From NCBI GenBank assembly GCA_964016885.1, contig OZ024741.1, positions 232,128,001 to 232,192,000 of the forward strand: 64,000 bases of DNA. The letters run 5' to 3'. Under the pieces are notes generated by a model. It was not told the DNA's origin. It searched no databases and was given only the letters and a program-made list of their open reading frames with translations. The position numbers were made by a program, and so were the translations under genes. Positions 11,907-29,932 of the stretch are shown here, in pieces (position 1 is the stretch's first letter; each line of letters starts with the position of its first letter). The stretch is from Eledone cirrhosa. Lineage: Eukaryota.

Positions 11907-12053
11907 GATTATACCATCACTTTTTAGCAATAGAGGATCCAAAATCCCCGTTTAATACCGATTCACCAGAGAACTGTAAAAATTTACCATTTACACAGTC
12001 TTTTCAGTTTAATATACGAATACACACCATAAAAGGTTCTGGAAGCTTTTCTG
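11907..12053 (+). CDS. Host gene internal exon A (phase 1/1); N-half of a divergent extracellular beta-sandwich domain
   Basis: Acceptor ctctattcaatctttag|GA, donor TCTG|gtgagt. 147 bp, open (LYHHFLAIEDPKSPF...GSGSFS). Joins exon B in frame (G+AT=Asp). Confidence 0.75.
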
Positions 12054-13236
12054 GTGAGTAGAGACATCTTTTCTACAACGTGAAATTATACATTATTTTC
12101 GCAAGACTAATATTTAGATAAAACTCGTTATATATTTTTTATTCAATTGCTTAAGATAATACATGTTAACACGTAGATCATTTACACCTTCCAATCCTGT
12201 AGCCTCTTGTCCATGTATGTGAATGACATTCGCACGCTATCTTTGTCCCATTATAGGTTCAGCAAATAGACAAAATTTCTACAACATTGTCAGCCACATA
12301 ATATTTGTTGTAAAGTATCCTGTCAACACTAGATCCCTCTTCCTGCACAATGTCGTACAAACAATCATGGAGAAGTGATATATCTACACAAAATGTTAAA
12401 TCTTGACGCCAGGTAAATGCAAGAAAACTAGGCAAGTTGCTTAAGTTTTCCAACGGTTCCTGGCAGTAAACAGCTTCCCAATATGTCAATACATCAAATT
12501 TAATGGCATATACTAAATACAAAAACAAACGTCTCTGGGAGGTCTACCATGGCAATCTGTCAATTGAATGAAAGGGCGGAGGGGGGGGGGGACTGGAAAA
12601 AGATGTAGTACTCTCATAGCCGTCACTGAGAATATTCCTTGACATGCATTAAACACAACAGCATATGTACAGAAATTCACTATGTGGATATGTGTCAGAG
12701 TCCCTACCTACGTTGAGACAATTGTCCGCAAATTAAATAAACGGAATGAGGGATACATCTATACGAATGCTCCCACTATTAAAATCACCTACAGAAATGT
12801 CACACCTAATATGTCGATGTTAACAGCGAGACCACTGAGGAAAACATCAGACATTGCTTATCAAAGTGTCTATATTCTTCAATAGATTTTGATCTCTTAC
12901 TCACAGTAGACCTGAGTTTTATGAAGCCAGTTGTCACCACTCCTTGCAGCAAGCATCTAGAATATGGTGCTCCGCATATCGGAAGCACACGCCATTCCTG
13001 TCTTCGAAAATGGGATAACTCCAAATGAAGAAGGGAGGTAGCATAACATTTTTCCGTACATCATTGAAAAAGAGAGAGAAGGACCTATCCTTCAAACAGA
13101 GGTTTAGAACAGACCCAACAACGCTAGAAAATTTAGGGCTAGGTTGTGGAGTTAAACAGAGATGTGGTTTATATCTACTACCTAAATGGTGTTAAACTGT
13201 CGAGAAATATATTATTGAGTGCTATATAAATATAAT

Positions 13237-13421
13237 TGTTTCTACTTTAGGCACAAGGCCAGTAATTACCCAGTGCATTACTGGTACTTTATTTTATCGA
13301 CCCCGTAAGGATGAAAGGCAAAGTCAACCTCGGCGGGATTTGAACTCAGATCGTAAAGGGACGTAACTATGCTGGAAAGCATGGCGTCCGACCCTCCTCC
13401 GATACTGCCAATCCACCGCCC
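13237..13421 (-). mobile_element. SINE family B with 19-bp TSD
   Basis: Reverse complement of the 5961-6149 element. TSD agtgctatataaatataat. Confidence 0.9.
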
Positions 13422-14218
13422 AGTGCTATATAAATATAATGGAAGGTTGTGTGACATGGTTATTAGAGCTATGCAGATTGACGGAGTCAAAGATATATGT
13501 CATTTGCAGGCATTCATGTAAATCTCTAAAACGCCAAAGATATTTTCGATCTAGGAAGAAGCAGTGGAATCCTCCAGTTTTTTCTGTTTCATTCCCATTT
13601 CGTTTTCTTTTCATGCTTCAACATGCCTGATGGTCGGCAAATATGGAGTGAGCATTTATGGTGGATATGTGTGCATGCATTCGTGTATGTATATATGTAT
13701 GATGTATATATGTATGTATGTATCTATGTATCTATGTAAATCATTATCGTTCATTAAATTAACTTCTCATACACGGTACCTCGTTAGCAAATCATTTTAA
13801 TAATGCTTTCCTAGGAACGCATTGAGGTGGGGTTAGCTCAGCTCCACCTTTCATTTAATTGTTCGTTTGCTTAAATATGCATCGATCTCATTAACGACAC
13901 AACCATTCACACATACGCCCACATGCATACACATATATATTATACATTACTATATTGCCTTATATTTGTTTACTCTTTTACTGATTTCTGTCATTTGACT
14001 GCGACTATTTAGGAGTACCACCTTGATTTAGTTTAACCAGTACTATTTGTTGTAGATGAAACAAGATAGATCACTGATTTAGATAAATATTTCTTCATCA
14101 CTAATTATATGATTTTAATTAATTCAAATTTCATACCGGTAACACTTCAGTATGTATTTCACAGTTAAATTTCAGTTACATAATTATCACCCACAATCTT
14201 TCAATAACCCAATTACAG

Positions 14219-14368
14219 ATATAACGATTACTTCCAAAGAAAATAAAAATATGCAATGCATAGCCTCGCCGTGGAGTTTTGAATGCGATGGAAACCTTTA
14301 CACTAAGGAACTCACGTTCACCACAAGTCAAGAACATAGTGAGTGTGTCAAATTTCTTGAAATTCTCG
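14219..14368 (+). CDS. Host gene internal exon B (phase 1/1), ending ..ECVKFLEIL-G, resembling the CEVEI.G end of discoidin/F-lectin-like domains
   Basis: Acceptor aattacag|AT, donor CTCG|gtaagt. 150 bp, open. In frame with exon C (G+GT=Gly, then CSKMHYG). Confidence 0.8.
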
Positions 14369-14432
14369 GTAAGTTATGTTTCACCTTATCTCATTTTATA
14401 TATGATCAAACAATGAAAAATATTTTAAAAAC

Positions 14433-14473
<41 letters not shown>

Positions 14474-14539
14474 GAAGAGAGAAGAAACATTTAGATATAA
14501 TTAGTAATAAAATGTATAATACCTAAACTGCTCCTAGAT

Positions 14540-14629
14540 TCCTCGACTACGTAGTTTCGTGGCATAAACAAAAACAATACATCATAAAGATATAGAATGT
14601 TTGCGAGATCTGCCGACTTATCAAGAGGA
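14540..14629 (-). ncRNA. Type I hammerhead motif with U3-A8 core variant, in a probable PLE pLTR remnant (14475-15010)
   Basis: tcctc-TTGATAA-gtcggca...tgccac-GAAA-ctacgtag-TC-gagga. Confidence 0.7.
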
Positions 14630-15009
14630 TACCTCGTTTTACTAGCTTCAAGGACGCGTCTATATGATGTGAGAAAGCATCCCAAAAGGCGGACGGGGAG
14701 ATAGTCACCTGATACAACGGTCAAGAAACAGAGCTAAGCCTCTTATAACCCCGAAGAAAATACCACGGAGGCGGAGGGGGTATTTATATCGAAGCCGTAG
14801 AAGAGGTGGTGAAGGAGGCGAGAAGTATGAGTAATGGCAGCTTTCCAGCAGTCACCACACTTCAAAGATTACTCGACCAGAGGGAGTTATGAACAATATA
14901 TTTAAAAACACACAGATACATGCGGACACACACATATACATGAATGCATCCACATCCAACCGTGAGTTAATGGTGCCAACCTTACCGATATGTATCTGTG
15001 TGTTTCTAA

Positions 15010-19982
<4,973 letters not shown>

Positions 19983-19998
19983 TATATATATATATATA

Positions 19999-20210
19999 TC
20001 GAAAGGTTGTGAGTTCAACTCTCACAGGGTGATGTGTTGTTTCCTTGAGCAAAATACTTTACTTCACGTTGCTCCAGTTTACTCAGCTTTAGAAATGAGT
20101 ACCGGCGTACCCGCCCAGCCAGTGGGATGGCGTTTTCTTATGACTAAAACAGCACGACGTGCTGTCACCAGCGGCGCCGAATAGCGCCCGGAAGACTGGT
20201 CGCTCAAGGT
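19999..20210 (+). mobile_element. SINE family A-related fragment
   Basis: gagttcaact B-box-like motif and core shared with 70-340. Confidence 0.55.
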
Positions 20211-20449
20211 GATATATATATATATATATATATATACCAACACACACACGCACACACACACATATATATATATATACACACACAAATATCCACGGTTAGT
20301 TGTGGGGTCTAGTCTGCATGAAGAACTCAATGTAATCCATATGTTGAAAATGTAGGTTAAAATAAATCCCAGAAAACAATAAAACATCAAAACAGAGTCA
20401 TGACATAAGTTAAAACATGAAATAAAAATTCAAGTCATTAGAAATACAC

Positions 20450-20582
20450 TTCACTGCTTTACGATCGTTTCTATGTGGTAATAATATATCTTATACATAT
20501 TTCGTTATCGATCTATGTAGGGTTAGTTACAGAATATCAAATAAGGAATATATTTACCTACGTGTATATCATCAGCAATGAA
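20450..20582 (-). ncRNA. Hammerhead-like motif with long stem II
   Basis: ttcattg-CTGATGA-...-GAAA-cgatcg-TA-aag-cagtgaa. Stem I is offset by 3 nt. Confidence 0.45.
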
Positions 20583-21380
20583 AATTGTATTCAAAATCAA
20601 TAGTAAATTCAGTTCTATGACCTTATTTTGAGGTAACTGAAGAACAAACCAATCAAATGATTTTTTTGCCTTATGATGTTAAGATGAAATATAACTCACT
20701 TTGGTTGAGCTCATGATCTTTGAAAGGAATAGTTGAATGGTGTTAAAAATAGAATTACTATAAAGAACCTATGAAGAAAAGGGGATTGTTATATTGATAG
20801 TGGAATGTAGATGGTGGAATGAAGTTAAAAAGGAATGGAAAAATTAAATGTTGAGTTGTGTTGTATGGAATTTTTAGGTGAATATAAATAAGTAAACAAA
20901 ATATACTGAAATAACTATGATAAATAGAGATAGGTAAATTAATGGTCATAACTAGGAAGGTTAGTATTTTAAAAGATGAACATTATAATAAGATAATAAA
21001 ATATAATAATATAATAATATAATATAATTGTTTCTACTTTTTGGCACAAGGCCAGCAAAATTCACAGTACATTACTGGTACTTTATTTTTAGGAAATATC
21101 TATATGCGTGTGTAATTAATACATGCATACATTTATTGTTTCAAGACGCAGGATTGATAATGTTTTTGAAAATACTAATTAACCCACGTGTATATTATTT
21201 TACTTTCTTGTCACTCGTGATTGCCTCCCTTTTCCGCTTCGTGACGCTATGATATTCCTCAGTCTAAAGACTGCTGGAATTTCAAATTTGGCGGTCATTT
21301 GATGCGTGAAGGGACGACTTAGCGGACACGAAATATAACTGCGGTAAGAAATTTTTTCTTATATCAAAGATTAATGGGCA

Positions 21381-21503
21381 TCCACTGATGATTTATAAGT
21401 GTCTACCTGCATATGTTCTTACAGAAAAATATGTTAGGCTTCTACATAAACCGGAAATTTTCTCCCAACTTGTAGAAAACTTATAATGAAACAATTGTTT
21501 GGA
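21381..21503 (+). ncRNA. Type I hammerhead ribozyme motif
   Basis: tcca-CTGATGA-t-ttataag...cttataa-t-GAAA-caattg-TT-tgga. Confidence 0.8.
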
Positions 21504-21686
21504 AAGAGAGATATATTTTAATTTTAATTATATCTGATATAAAATAATACAACTGGCTTTCCACAAAATACATATAGTTAGCACCCCAAACACAAAATTG
21601 GGATTATACTAACGTATATCCTAATGTTTGTTGAGTGAGGTGGTTACCAGTCAGAGGTTAGCTTAAAGCTTTCTCTGTTATTGTAT

Positions 21687-21733
<47 letters not shown>

Positions 21734-21735
21734 AC

Positions 21736-21820
<85 letters not shown>

Positions 21821-21991
21821 CATAAACGGTGAAAGCCAATAGCGATACACCGACCAATTTCCAACTCACTCAACAAACATTAGGAAATACCGGAGTATAT
21901 TCACAAGTAAACGTTTGGAGTGCTAACTATATTGTATTGTGTAGATAAGTGGGTGTATTATTTTATATGAGATATATTAAAGATCTCATTT

Positions 21992-22114
21992 CCCAAACGA
22001 ATCGTTTCATTGTAAGATTTCTACATTGTAGGTGAAAATATACCAGGTTTTGTAGAAACCTGTGTAAGATCAACGGATTCTTATGCAAGCTGGCTCTTAC
22101 AAATCTTCAGTGGG
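21992..22114 (-). ncRNA. Type I hammerhead ribozyme motif, diverged homologue of 21381-21503
   Basis: ccca-CTGAAGA-t-ttgtaag...cttacaa-t-GAAA-cgattcg-TT-tggg. Confidence 0.8.
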
Positions 22115-22132
22115 TGCCCAATAATGTTAATA

Positions 22133-22207
<75 letters not shown>

Positions 22208-22242
22208 TTAAAAGAATAGAGGTGTAACGCACAAGTTATTAA

Positions 22243-22611
22243 ATATTGGTAAACGGAATAGAAAATGCTGACAAATTGTTCACAGTGAAAAATAGTTTAA
22301 TTAGGAATAAGTGAGAATTAGTAATTGTATTGGTTAGTATTCAGTTTTGGTTTTAAGGGTTGCGCATTTCTAATGCTTTTAAAAAACAATTTTGAGATAG
22401 AGCGTCCGTGATGTTTGCTCTGATCAGAGCAAACATCACGGACGCTCTATCTCAAAATTATTTTTTAAAAGCATTAGAAATGCGCAACCGGTAAAACTTA
22501 AAACCAAAACTGAATACTAACCAATACAATTACTAATTCTCACTTATTCCTAATTAAACTATTTTTCACTGTGAACAATTTGTCAGCATTTCCTATTCCG
22601 TTTACCAATAT
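22243..22611. repeat. Spacerless near-perfect palindrome, ~180-bp arms, centre 22423/22424
   Basis: ...gatgtttgctctga|tcagagcaaacatc...; one ~7-bp indel and about 2 mismatches. Confidence 0.95.
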
Positions 22612-22655
22612 ATATAGATATATATACATACATTCATACATACATACAAACACAT

Positions 22656-22715
<60 letters not shown>

Positions 22716-23011
22716 TAGAGTAAAACATGTCCAGAGAATCAATTGATAATATATATACATCATCTCTATTCCCAATCACCATAATTTTCCACACAAAAAA
22801 ATCAATTAGACCAGGGTATAAGAATAAAAGGCATCTATGAAGAAATAGTAAATAAATATACCACTGCGGCGTCTTCGCGCACCGCTATAGAATATTTACC
22901 CAACATTTCAACTGCAGGTGGAAATTAATTAAATATACGGTCAACCATACATAATTAGGTAAAAATTAATGTTAGAAATGCTCATATACATACCAGAATT
23001 AAATCACTAAA

Positions 23012-23058
23012 TCCCGACCCTCAGGTTTCGCTCACTTTTGAGATACCTTATCAAGGAA
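23012..23058 (-). ncRNA. Compact type I hammerhead motif with U3-A8 core variant
   Basis: ttcc-TTGATAA-g gtat ctca aaag tgag c-GAAA-cc tgag gg-TC-ggga. Confidence 0.65.
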
Positions 23059-23376
23059 ATACTTGAGTGTTAGAGCTCTTCACGGGACAAACTCGCTAGG
23101 ACATATTATTTTCAGAAGTGGCCCCCGCCAAACACGAATTCAAAATGGTTGATAAATGAAGTATAGCATTTTGTCCTACGCCCTAACGATAATGGCAACC
23201 CCAGGAGCAGAAGTCGTTAGGAATTGTGTCAGTTTTTGCCTTGTTTGTCCGAAACGGAATTATAACGAAATGGTGAAACGCAATACTTACATAAATTAAT
23301 TTTGGTGGCTACACATATGCACACATATAGAGACAGATAGATAGACAGTTGGACATAAAGACACCACACGCACGCC

Positions 23377-23462
<86 letters not shown>

Positions 23463-24580
23463 ATAAACACATCAAACAATTATAGGGGATAATTTGTAGA
23501 GAGTGTACGCACACATAGTTACGTTGGTAACACATTTAAATTTAACGAGAACTTCAAATATAGATAATTTACAATAATGATTAATCTCTTTTTTATATAT
23601 TTCATTAAATAAAGAAATATATTCCACTTCAGTTTAACGCCTTGCATCTTACACCTTATTCACATTTCAAACCCATTTAAGTTCCATTATGTAATAGTCA
23701 TGTATTGTGCTGTTGTGAGACTGGTGCTGGTAATAAAATCAATGGTTTGTTTATGGTTTGTGATATCTTTGCTGTAACCTGAACAATACGTCTTCAACTT
23801 ATTCTCGCATTATATAGTATTCCTCTTTATTTGAAGAATCTCTTATTTACAATGCATTGCGTTCTCCTTTCATTTGATGTTGGACTAGTTTTGAAACTAC
23901 TCTCGACATCTAATCACTTCATTGGTAATATTTCCTTTCTACCAGCAGAAGTGCTTTGTATGGATTGTTTTTAGAATTGTTAACCTCAATGTCCTCCCAT
24001 CGCTCAGATATTCATTGCTGTTCGCTTGGCTACTAACATTTTACCTTTAAAATCTCAATTGATTTAAAAAAAAAAAATAATCTGTCCTACATTATGTCGT
24101 TCCTCCTTTCTTTCTACATTTCGCTTCATCTGTTTATCATGTCCAGAATAACTTTTGTGACCTCTCATTTGGCTTTGCAGCAGATATATATCATTGTTGT
24201 GGCATTGTTAAATACTCATTTGACATCCACTATGTTACCTTTGAAATGTAGAAGTGAAAATGTTCCCTGAATCGTTAACAAAAGTTCTCCAGGGATAACA
24301 TGATTTAAGATTTTCAAGAGTGGATCTTAGAATACAGCTTTCTGCCTTGCAGATTCTCCACAGTGGCACTACCAAGTTCTTCAGGCGAAGTTTTCAGTTC
24401 TCGGCGGAGACCGATGCTATTTGTATCTCTCCATCAAATAGATTTCTTTTAACGAGGTGACTCAGCGTGGACTTGAATTTGAGATTGATTGCGTTTATCT
24501 CGGAACTTTTTCAATCATGGCCGGTTGTCACTAAGTGATTTGCCCAGTGATGCCGTGTATCTTATTTTATACATACATAC

Positions 24581-25170
24581 ATGGTGGCTGCCAACTCGTT
24601 TTCGAGTACGGCCACTACTTTATATCCACGTAGGAGAACCCTTACCGATACGCTGAACAAGTGTGACTTTTTAGTCCAGCCAGCGACTTGAAAACTCTGG
24701 TACAAACACTACACTTGTGACAATTATTGACACATAGTACTGGGCCATGGTACCATGTCACGACAAGTGCAGAGAAATCTCCAGATATAAAGCGATGCCT
24801 GTGCCGTGAAGCTTTTATAGTGAGTAAAGGCACTGCACAAAGCCAGTCCCACTCTCTTAACCAATATGATATTTACCAAAAAGAAGAACAAGTTAACATC
24901 ATTGGATATCAACAGGTTTACAGGTGTTATATCAGAGTTTTCCTTCTCCTAGAATTCTGCCTTGACAAAGGCAAAGGAGCTATCTCACCCGGTGATTTTG
25001 GATGGCCATTGATTCTTTAGAGCTCCTTTGCCCTTTGACATGTTTTGTTTTTAGTCCTGCAGGATGTCCAGTCACTCTCCTCACCAAGACACCTTGGTGG
25101 GGTTGCCAGTTTAGTCGCCAACGACCCGACCATGAGACAGGTTGTACTGGGATACATGTTACCAGTAGCA
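24581..25170 (-). mobile_element. Short RTE-derived non-autonomous retroelement with (ATGT)n tail
   Basis: RTE-type C-terminal C2H2 remnant HKCSVCTRVFKSLAGLKSH. Homologous to 25704-26469. Confidence 0.6.
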
Positions 25171-25246
25171 CATACATACATACATACATACATACATACA
25201 TACATACATACATACATACATACATACATACATACATACATACATA

Positions 25247-25688
25247 CAGACAGATACTACACCCAGTCTATACCTTCAGATTTATGCGTTTGATTATTGG
25301 GGCACTGGAGTATGTTAGTAACTGCCTCAATAAAAATCTTGAGAAGCTGGGCTTTATAGAAATAGAAAGAACACAACTAGTTAGGAAATTACAAGTACAA
25401 TCGTTTAAAGGAACAGTAAAATTATGTAAAACATTCCATAAATTCTCCATCTAATAACTGCATATACCCTTGTACAGATACAAAGCATATGCTCATGCAC
25501 ATATACAACTCAAAACATAGACATCCACACATACAATAACGTCAATACCTGCGCAAACATGCTTGCAGACATGCATAAATAACTACCTAATTGATGTTGT
25601 GTAAATTCCAATGAGAAAGTACTGTATCTATGTTAGAAACTGGCTCTCTCTCTAGGCCAAATTTTTTCATATTATAAAAGCAGAAGAA
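25247..25688 (+). mobile_element. 3' fragment of R4/Dong-type LINE in (ACAT)n
   Basis: Homologous to 41825-42247 (IIGALEYV...LQVQS.KGTVKLCKTF plus 3' UTR). Confidence 0.85.
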
Positions 25689-25703
25689 CATACTTACATT
25701 CGT

Positions 25704-26469
25704 GATGATGGCTTCCCCCTCGTTATCGAGTATGGTCATTTCACGATATACCATTATTAATAATTATTTATTAATTCTATCGTGCGGTGGATTGGCAGTA
25801 TCGGTAGAGGGTCGAACGCCATGCTTTCCAGCATAGTTACGTCCCTTTACGATCTGAGTTCAAATCTCGCCGAGGTTGACTTTGCCTTTCATCCTTACGA
25901 GGGCGATAAAGTAAAGTACCAGTAATGCACTGGGTAATTGCTGTCCTTGTGCCTAAAGTAGAAACAATTACTTAATTCTATCGTGCAATGCCTGTTAGTG
26001 AAGATATTTTTTTAAAGTGAGGAAAGACTGTGCACTGAGCCAATCCCACACTCTGAGCGACAGTAGCTTTAAACCGAAAAGAAGAAAAGATCAACATCAT
26101 CGGTAACTACTGAGCCGCAATTTCCTGTGTTGCCTTCTCCTAGAAGAATGCCCTGAAAAAGGCTAGGGGTCCTTCACTCCCAATGGTTTAACCGCTCGAT
26201 CGGGTGTCCAGCCCGACTATTTCTATGTCTCCGCAGATATACATACACACGCACACATATATGTACACATATACATATACATACATATATGCATGTGTAT
26301 ATACATATTTACACACTTTTGGATGGCCGTTGACTCTTATGAGTTCTTCCGCCCTTTGTCAGGTTTTGTTTTTTGTCCTGCAGGGTGTCCAAAATCACCC
26401 TCCTCACCAAGTAAACTTGGTGGGGTTGCTGGTTTAGTCGCCGACAACCCGACCATGCGACATATTACC
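25704..26469 (-). mobile_element. RTE-derived non-autonomous element, copy 2, interrupted by a SINE
   Basis: Shares 5' (cctgcagg.tgtcca, tttagtcgcc.ac.acccgaccat) and 3' (tggcttccccctcgttatcgagta) blocks with the other copies. Confidence 0.6.
25786..25971 (+). mobile_element. SINE family B with 15-bp TSD
   Basis: TSD ttaattctatcgtgc. Confidence 0.9.
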
Positions 26470-26512
26470 ATACATACATACATACATACATACATACATA
26501 CATACATACATA

Positions 26513-27137
26513 CCTCTATCGGACATCTATCGGACATCTACCGACCCCTACCAACAATTTCTTAAGGGAGATACAATTATACCAGAATGGTTGACATTAG
26601 CACAAACATTACTGGTTCCCAAGAACAAAGACACCCACTTCTGATGTATAAGATGTATACAGCCTACCTGACCCTATTCATTCAAGATCACTGTGAAAAT
26701 AATAACAGCATCACAGATGAACAAGCAGTTGGAAAGAAATGAACGCGTAACCAGGAAATACTACACCCGATTAAGAAAGATATGGTCATCGGAACTCTCT
26801 GCGCGACACAGAAGAGTGGCTCAAAAAAGAGACAGGGATGCAGGCAAAACACCTAGATGTGATAACAAGTGCAGACCCTACAGAATTAACATCGAGGATA
26901 TCACTCATGTCATCAGCAGCTGTCCAAAGATGCCATCGTGGTACTATCTACTTATGAGGCATGATATAGTGGCCAACACACTGTACGATGCAATCCGTAG
27001 AAAAGATAGCCTCGATAATAAACACAATAAAAGCTTCTGCATTGTGGAAGACATACATATATATAATATGAAAGAGTACTGATGGAATGTTCCAGTAAAA
27101 TCCCCAATAAAGTGCGGGCATAACAGACCAGATATAA
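26513..27137 (+). mobile_element. Internally deleted R4/Dong-type LINE fragment in (ACAT)n
   Basis: Patchwork of RT and CCHC-finger segments (CDNKCRPYRINIEDITHVISSC) homologous to 39840-41705. Confidence 0.8.
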
Positions 27138-28167
27138 TGCCAATATAATATCAGCAGATACCAATATAATATCAGCAGATGCCAATATAATATCATACGT
27201 ACATACATACACACATACATAACTACATACATACATAGTCTGTCAACGCGATCAGTCGCACATATCGGATACATACATAGTCAGTCAACGGTCTAAGCCA
27301 CACATTTTGGCGTGGGAGACTATTCATAAAATTTCAGATGAATACTATCTCAGACAAAAATGCCTCACATAGCGGTCACGTTGAATAACTGGTTATTCTT
27401 CTAACTATATCCACTGACGGCACCTTTTATTCGAATACGTAGAGATATCCGACGAAATACATAATTCATTTTACAAGGATGTGCTACAAACAGTCTGGCT
27501 GAACACAACATCAACAAAAGCAACATTAGTGGAATATCGAAGATGAACAACAACGAGAAAGGTAAACAAATGTATTCACTAGTAGCTACAGAAGAAACCG
27601 AAATTATAATGGAGTTGCGAACTTAATGATGATTTATTTAATTGTTATAAAATGGCAGAAGAATCTCTCCGTTGGCTATATGAACAGAATGAAGCTCCGC
27701 TGGGACGAAATACATCCAGAGCTAAATCATTTCACAGCGAAACAATTACGCCAACAAGCAACGTTTGTTGAACGTAAAAATAAGATAAATATTATTAATT
27801 CTAAGTCCCCCAGAACAAACATGGAATCAACAACATGCGGTACTGGTCGCCATGCTACTAGACTTCCTAGTGCCTTAAAACAACTATGCCTGTAAGAATA
27901 TTGCCACCACGTGTACCATCTGAGTCTATCTCGAATGCTGGGGAAAACACTATCGATAATAATAATAATCGAAGAAATAATAATAATAATCGAAAAAATT
28001 CGACACCACGTATAGCATCCGAGTTTACCTCGACTTTTGTGGGAAATACTATCGATAATAATACTGACAAATGTATAAACAATTGAAAATTTCCCGAAAC
28101 GAAATTTTCCAGAGAGAAATTAATTCATGTATAAACATTTCCTTTGCTGATCGTATTAAAACAACAA

Positions 28168-29128
28168 TTTATATATATAAAACTGTGGTTGTCTGTCTGT
28201 CTATCGATTTTTGGCACACATCTCCTCTTAGAATCTCTCACGGAATTGCACCGAAATTGCTATACTTGTACATTGAGCCCTAGCGAAGACATCGGAAAAA
28301 AAATATTTCAAATTGACCCGCCCTATCTGACGAAATCGAATATAATGTATCGATTTTTGAGCGTAAGTGATCAGTTATTTCCCTTTGTTCTGTTTACATT
28401 GAGCGTCTTACGTAAAAAATTACGCTGGCTTTCTCAGCGTTTAAAATGACATTAACACAATACACGTTCGAACACTAAGCTTCCGTTTTGCTTCATTTCC
28501 ATTTAAAAGCATTTTAAAACAATATTTTTACTTGAAAACAAGTCTATTTAAAGACTACGTAAAACAAGCAAATATTTCGTAAAAAAAAGCAAAAATTATA
28601 TAAGTTTATTTAAAATATATGTATCTGTAAATTTCGTTAGGCGTGCAGACAGACAGTCGTGCAGAGAGGTGATATAGGCGTGCAGACAGACAGTCGTGCA
28701 GAGAGGTGATATAGGCGTGCAGACAGACAGTCGTGCAGAGAGGTGATATAGGCGTGCAGACAGACATAACTGATAATTTGGTTACGCTAATGTTTTTCTC
28801 TGCGTTGCAGTGTTTACATTTTCGATCTTTGTTAATAAATAACCAGTGCAGTTTTTATCCCCAGCATCCTCTTTTGTTATAACATTCGAGTTGTAGTGCA
28901 CCTGAGCACTGTACACAATAATTTCATTATTATTATTATTATTCGGGTTATCGTTATGTTTTCTTAACTTCATAAGGCATATTGTTGGTTGAGGGAATAT
29001 TAATCAAAAACACCACATGCAAGTCTGCACAGTAGACACTACAGTTTTTAAGCCAAAAAAGAAACTTAACACTGTAACTTTAACACAGCTACTGAGCGAC
29101 CCCGAGCAACGCCGGGCTTTACTGCTAG
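28168..29128 (+). mobile_element. Non-autonomous Helitron with internal ~36-bp minisatellite (28638-28765) and a CR1 3' tail fragment (~28886-28943)
   Basis: Subterminal hairpin cccgagcaacgccggg then CTAG|T. Tail matches the reverse complement of 50270-50322. Confidence 0.8.
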
Positions 29129-29131
29129 TCA

Positions 29132-29932
29132 TCTATATATCTAAAACAGAGAATGTCTGTCTGCCTGTCTCTCTAAAACTCGAGAACCAATGTTTTTCAA
29201 ACTTTACACCTGTAATACTTATGGTGGTGTGAGTGTTTTGAGCAAAAAATATTTGAAATGTTCAATGCCCAAGGGTCCGCATTAGGCGAAACACCACATC
29301 TCTTAGGCTTTAAAGGCTTTTGTGAGGCATAACGGAACAATAATCCAGGCGATTTTTTCAAAGTTTGCATTACTTATGTCGTTTAAAGTATTTTGAACAA
29401 AAACGATTTTCTCTTTTTTTGCCCCAGAGACCGCACTATGCGAAAAACCAATAATTTGAAGCATTTTGGTTGGGTTAGGGCCTGGAACTAGAGAAGTACC
29501 TGACCAATTTTTTTGAAACTTTGCATATGCATTCCCTATGTCTCACAAATTCTCATTACTGAAACAGATTTCAAAATTTTGCCCGGGGACCATTTGTGTA
29601 GCATTTTGGTTGCGTTAGGGCCTGTAACCTTAACAGTATCCAACTAAATTCCTTTATGCTCTCCACCACTGCAGTCCCACATGTTCGGTTTGTCGAATGC
29701 CTTTTTACTTAACCATATCGTCTTGGATTTCGTGGGTTGAACATTTTAGTCTCACGCACCCAATTAAGTTAAAACCCTGGTAATCTACGACGATTTTTTT
29801 GTCATAAGTCCAAAGCGTAGACACCATCCGCAGGCCGAGGTATTCCGTACTTCTCCGTATTTTTTCAGAAAGGAGGGATAAACATGCCAATCTATATTTA
29901 GAGTCCCGAACAACCGCGGGCCATTCTGCTAG
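29132..29932 (+). mobile_element. Non-autonomous Helitron, head-to-tail with the previous one
   Basis: A|TCTATATAT 5' end; cccgaacaaccgcggg hairpin then CTAG|T. Confidence 0.85.

Larger units (their letters stand above)
21370..22125. repeat. Diverged inverted repeat (two PLE pLTR-like pieces) around a (TA)n tract
   Basis: cctaatgtttgttgagtgag vs ctcactcaacaaacattagg; atagttagcac vs gtgctaactat. Confidence 0.8.

Noticed and set aside
12100-13200. Non-repetitive-looking stretch with short ORFs between exons A and B
   Set aside because: No recognisable domain or convincing splice-site pair; exons A and B already join in frame.
23600-24500. Possible old LINE remnant on -
   Set aside because: No motif could be read with confidence.
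28638-28765. Regular ~36-bp repeats, superficially CRISPR-like
   Set aside because: Contiguous tandem copies with no unique spacers, eukaryotic context, no cas genes; a minisatellite in a Helitron.
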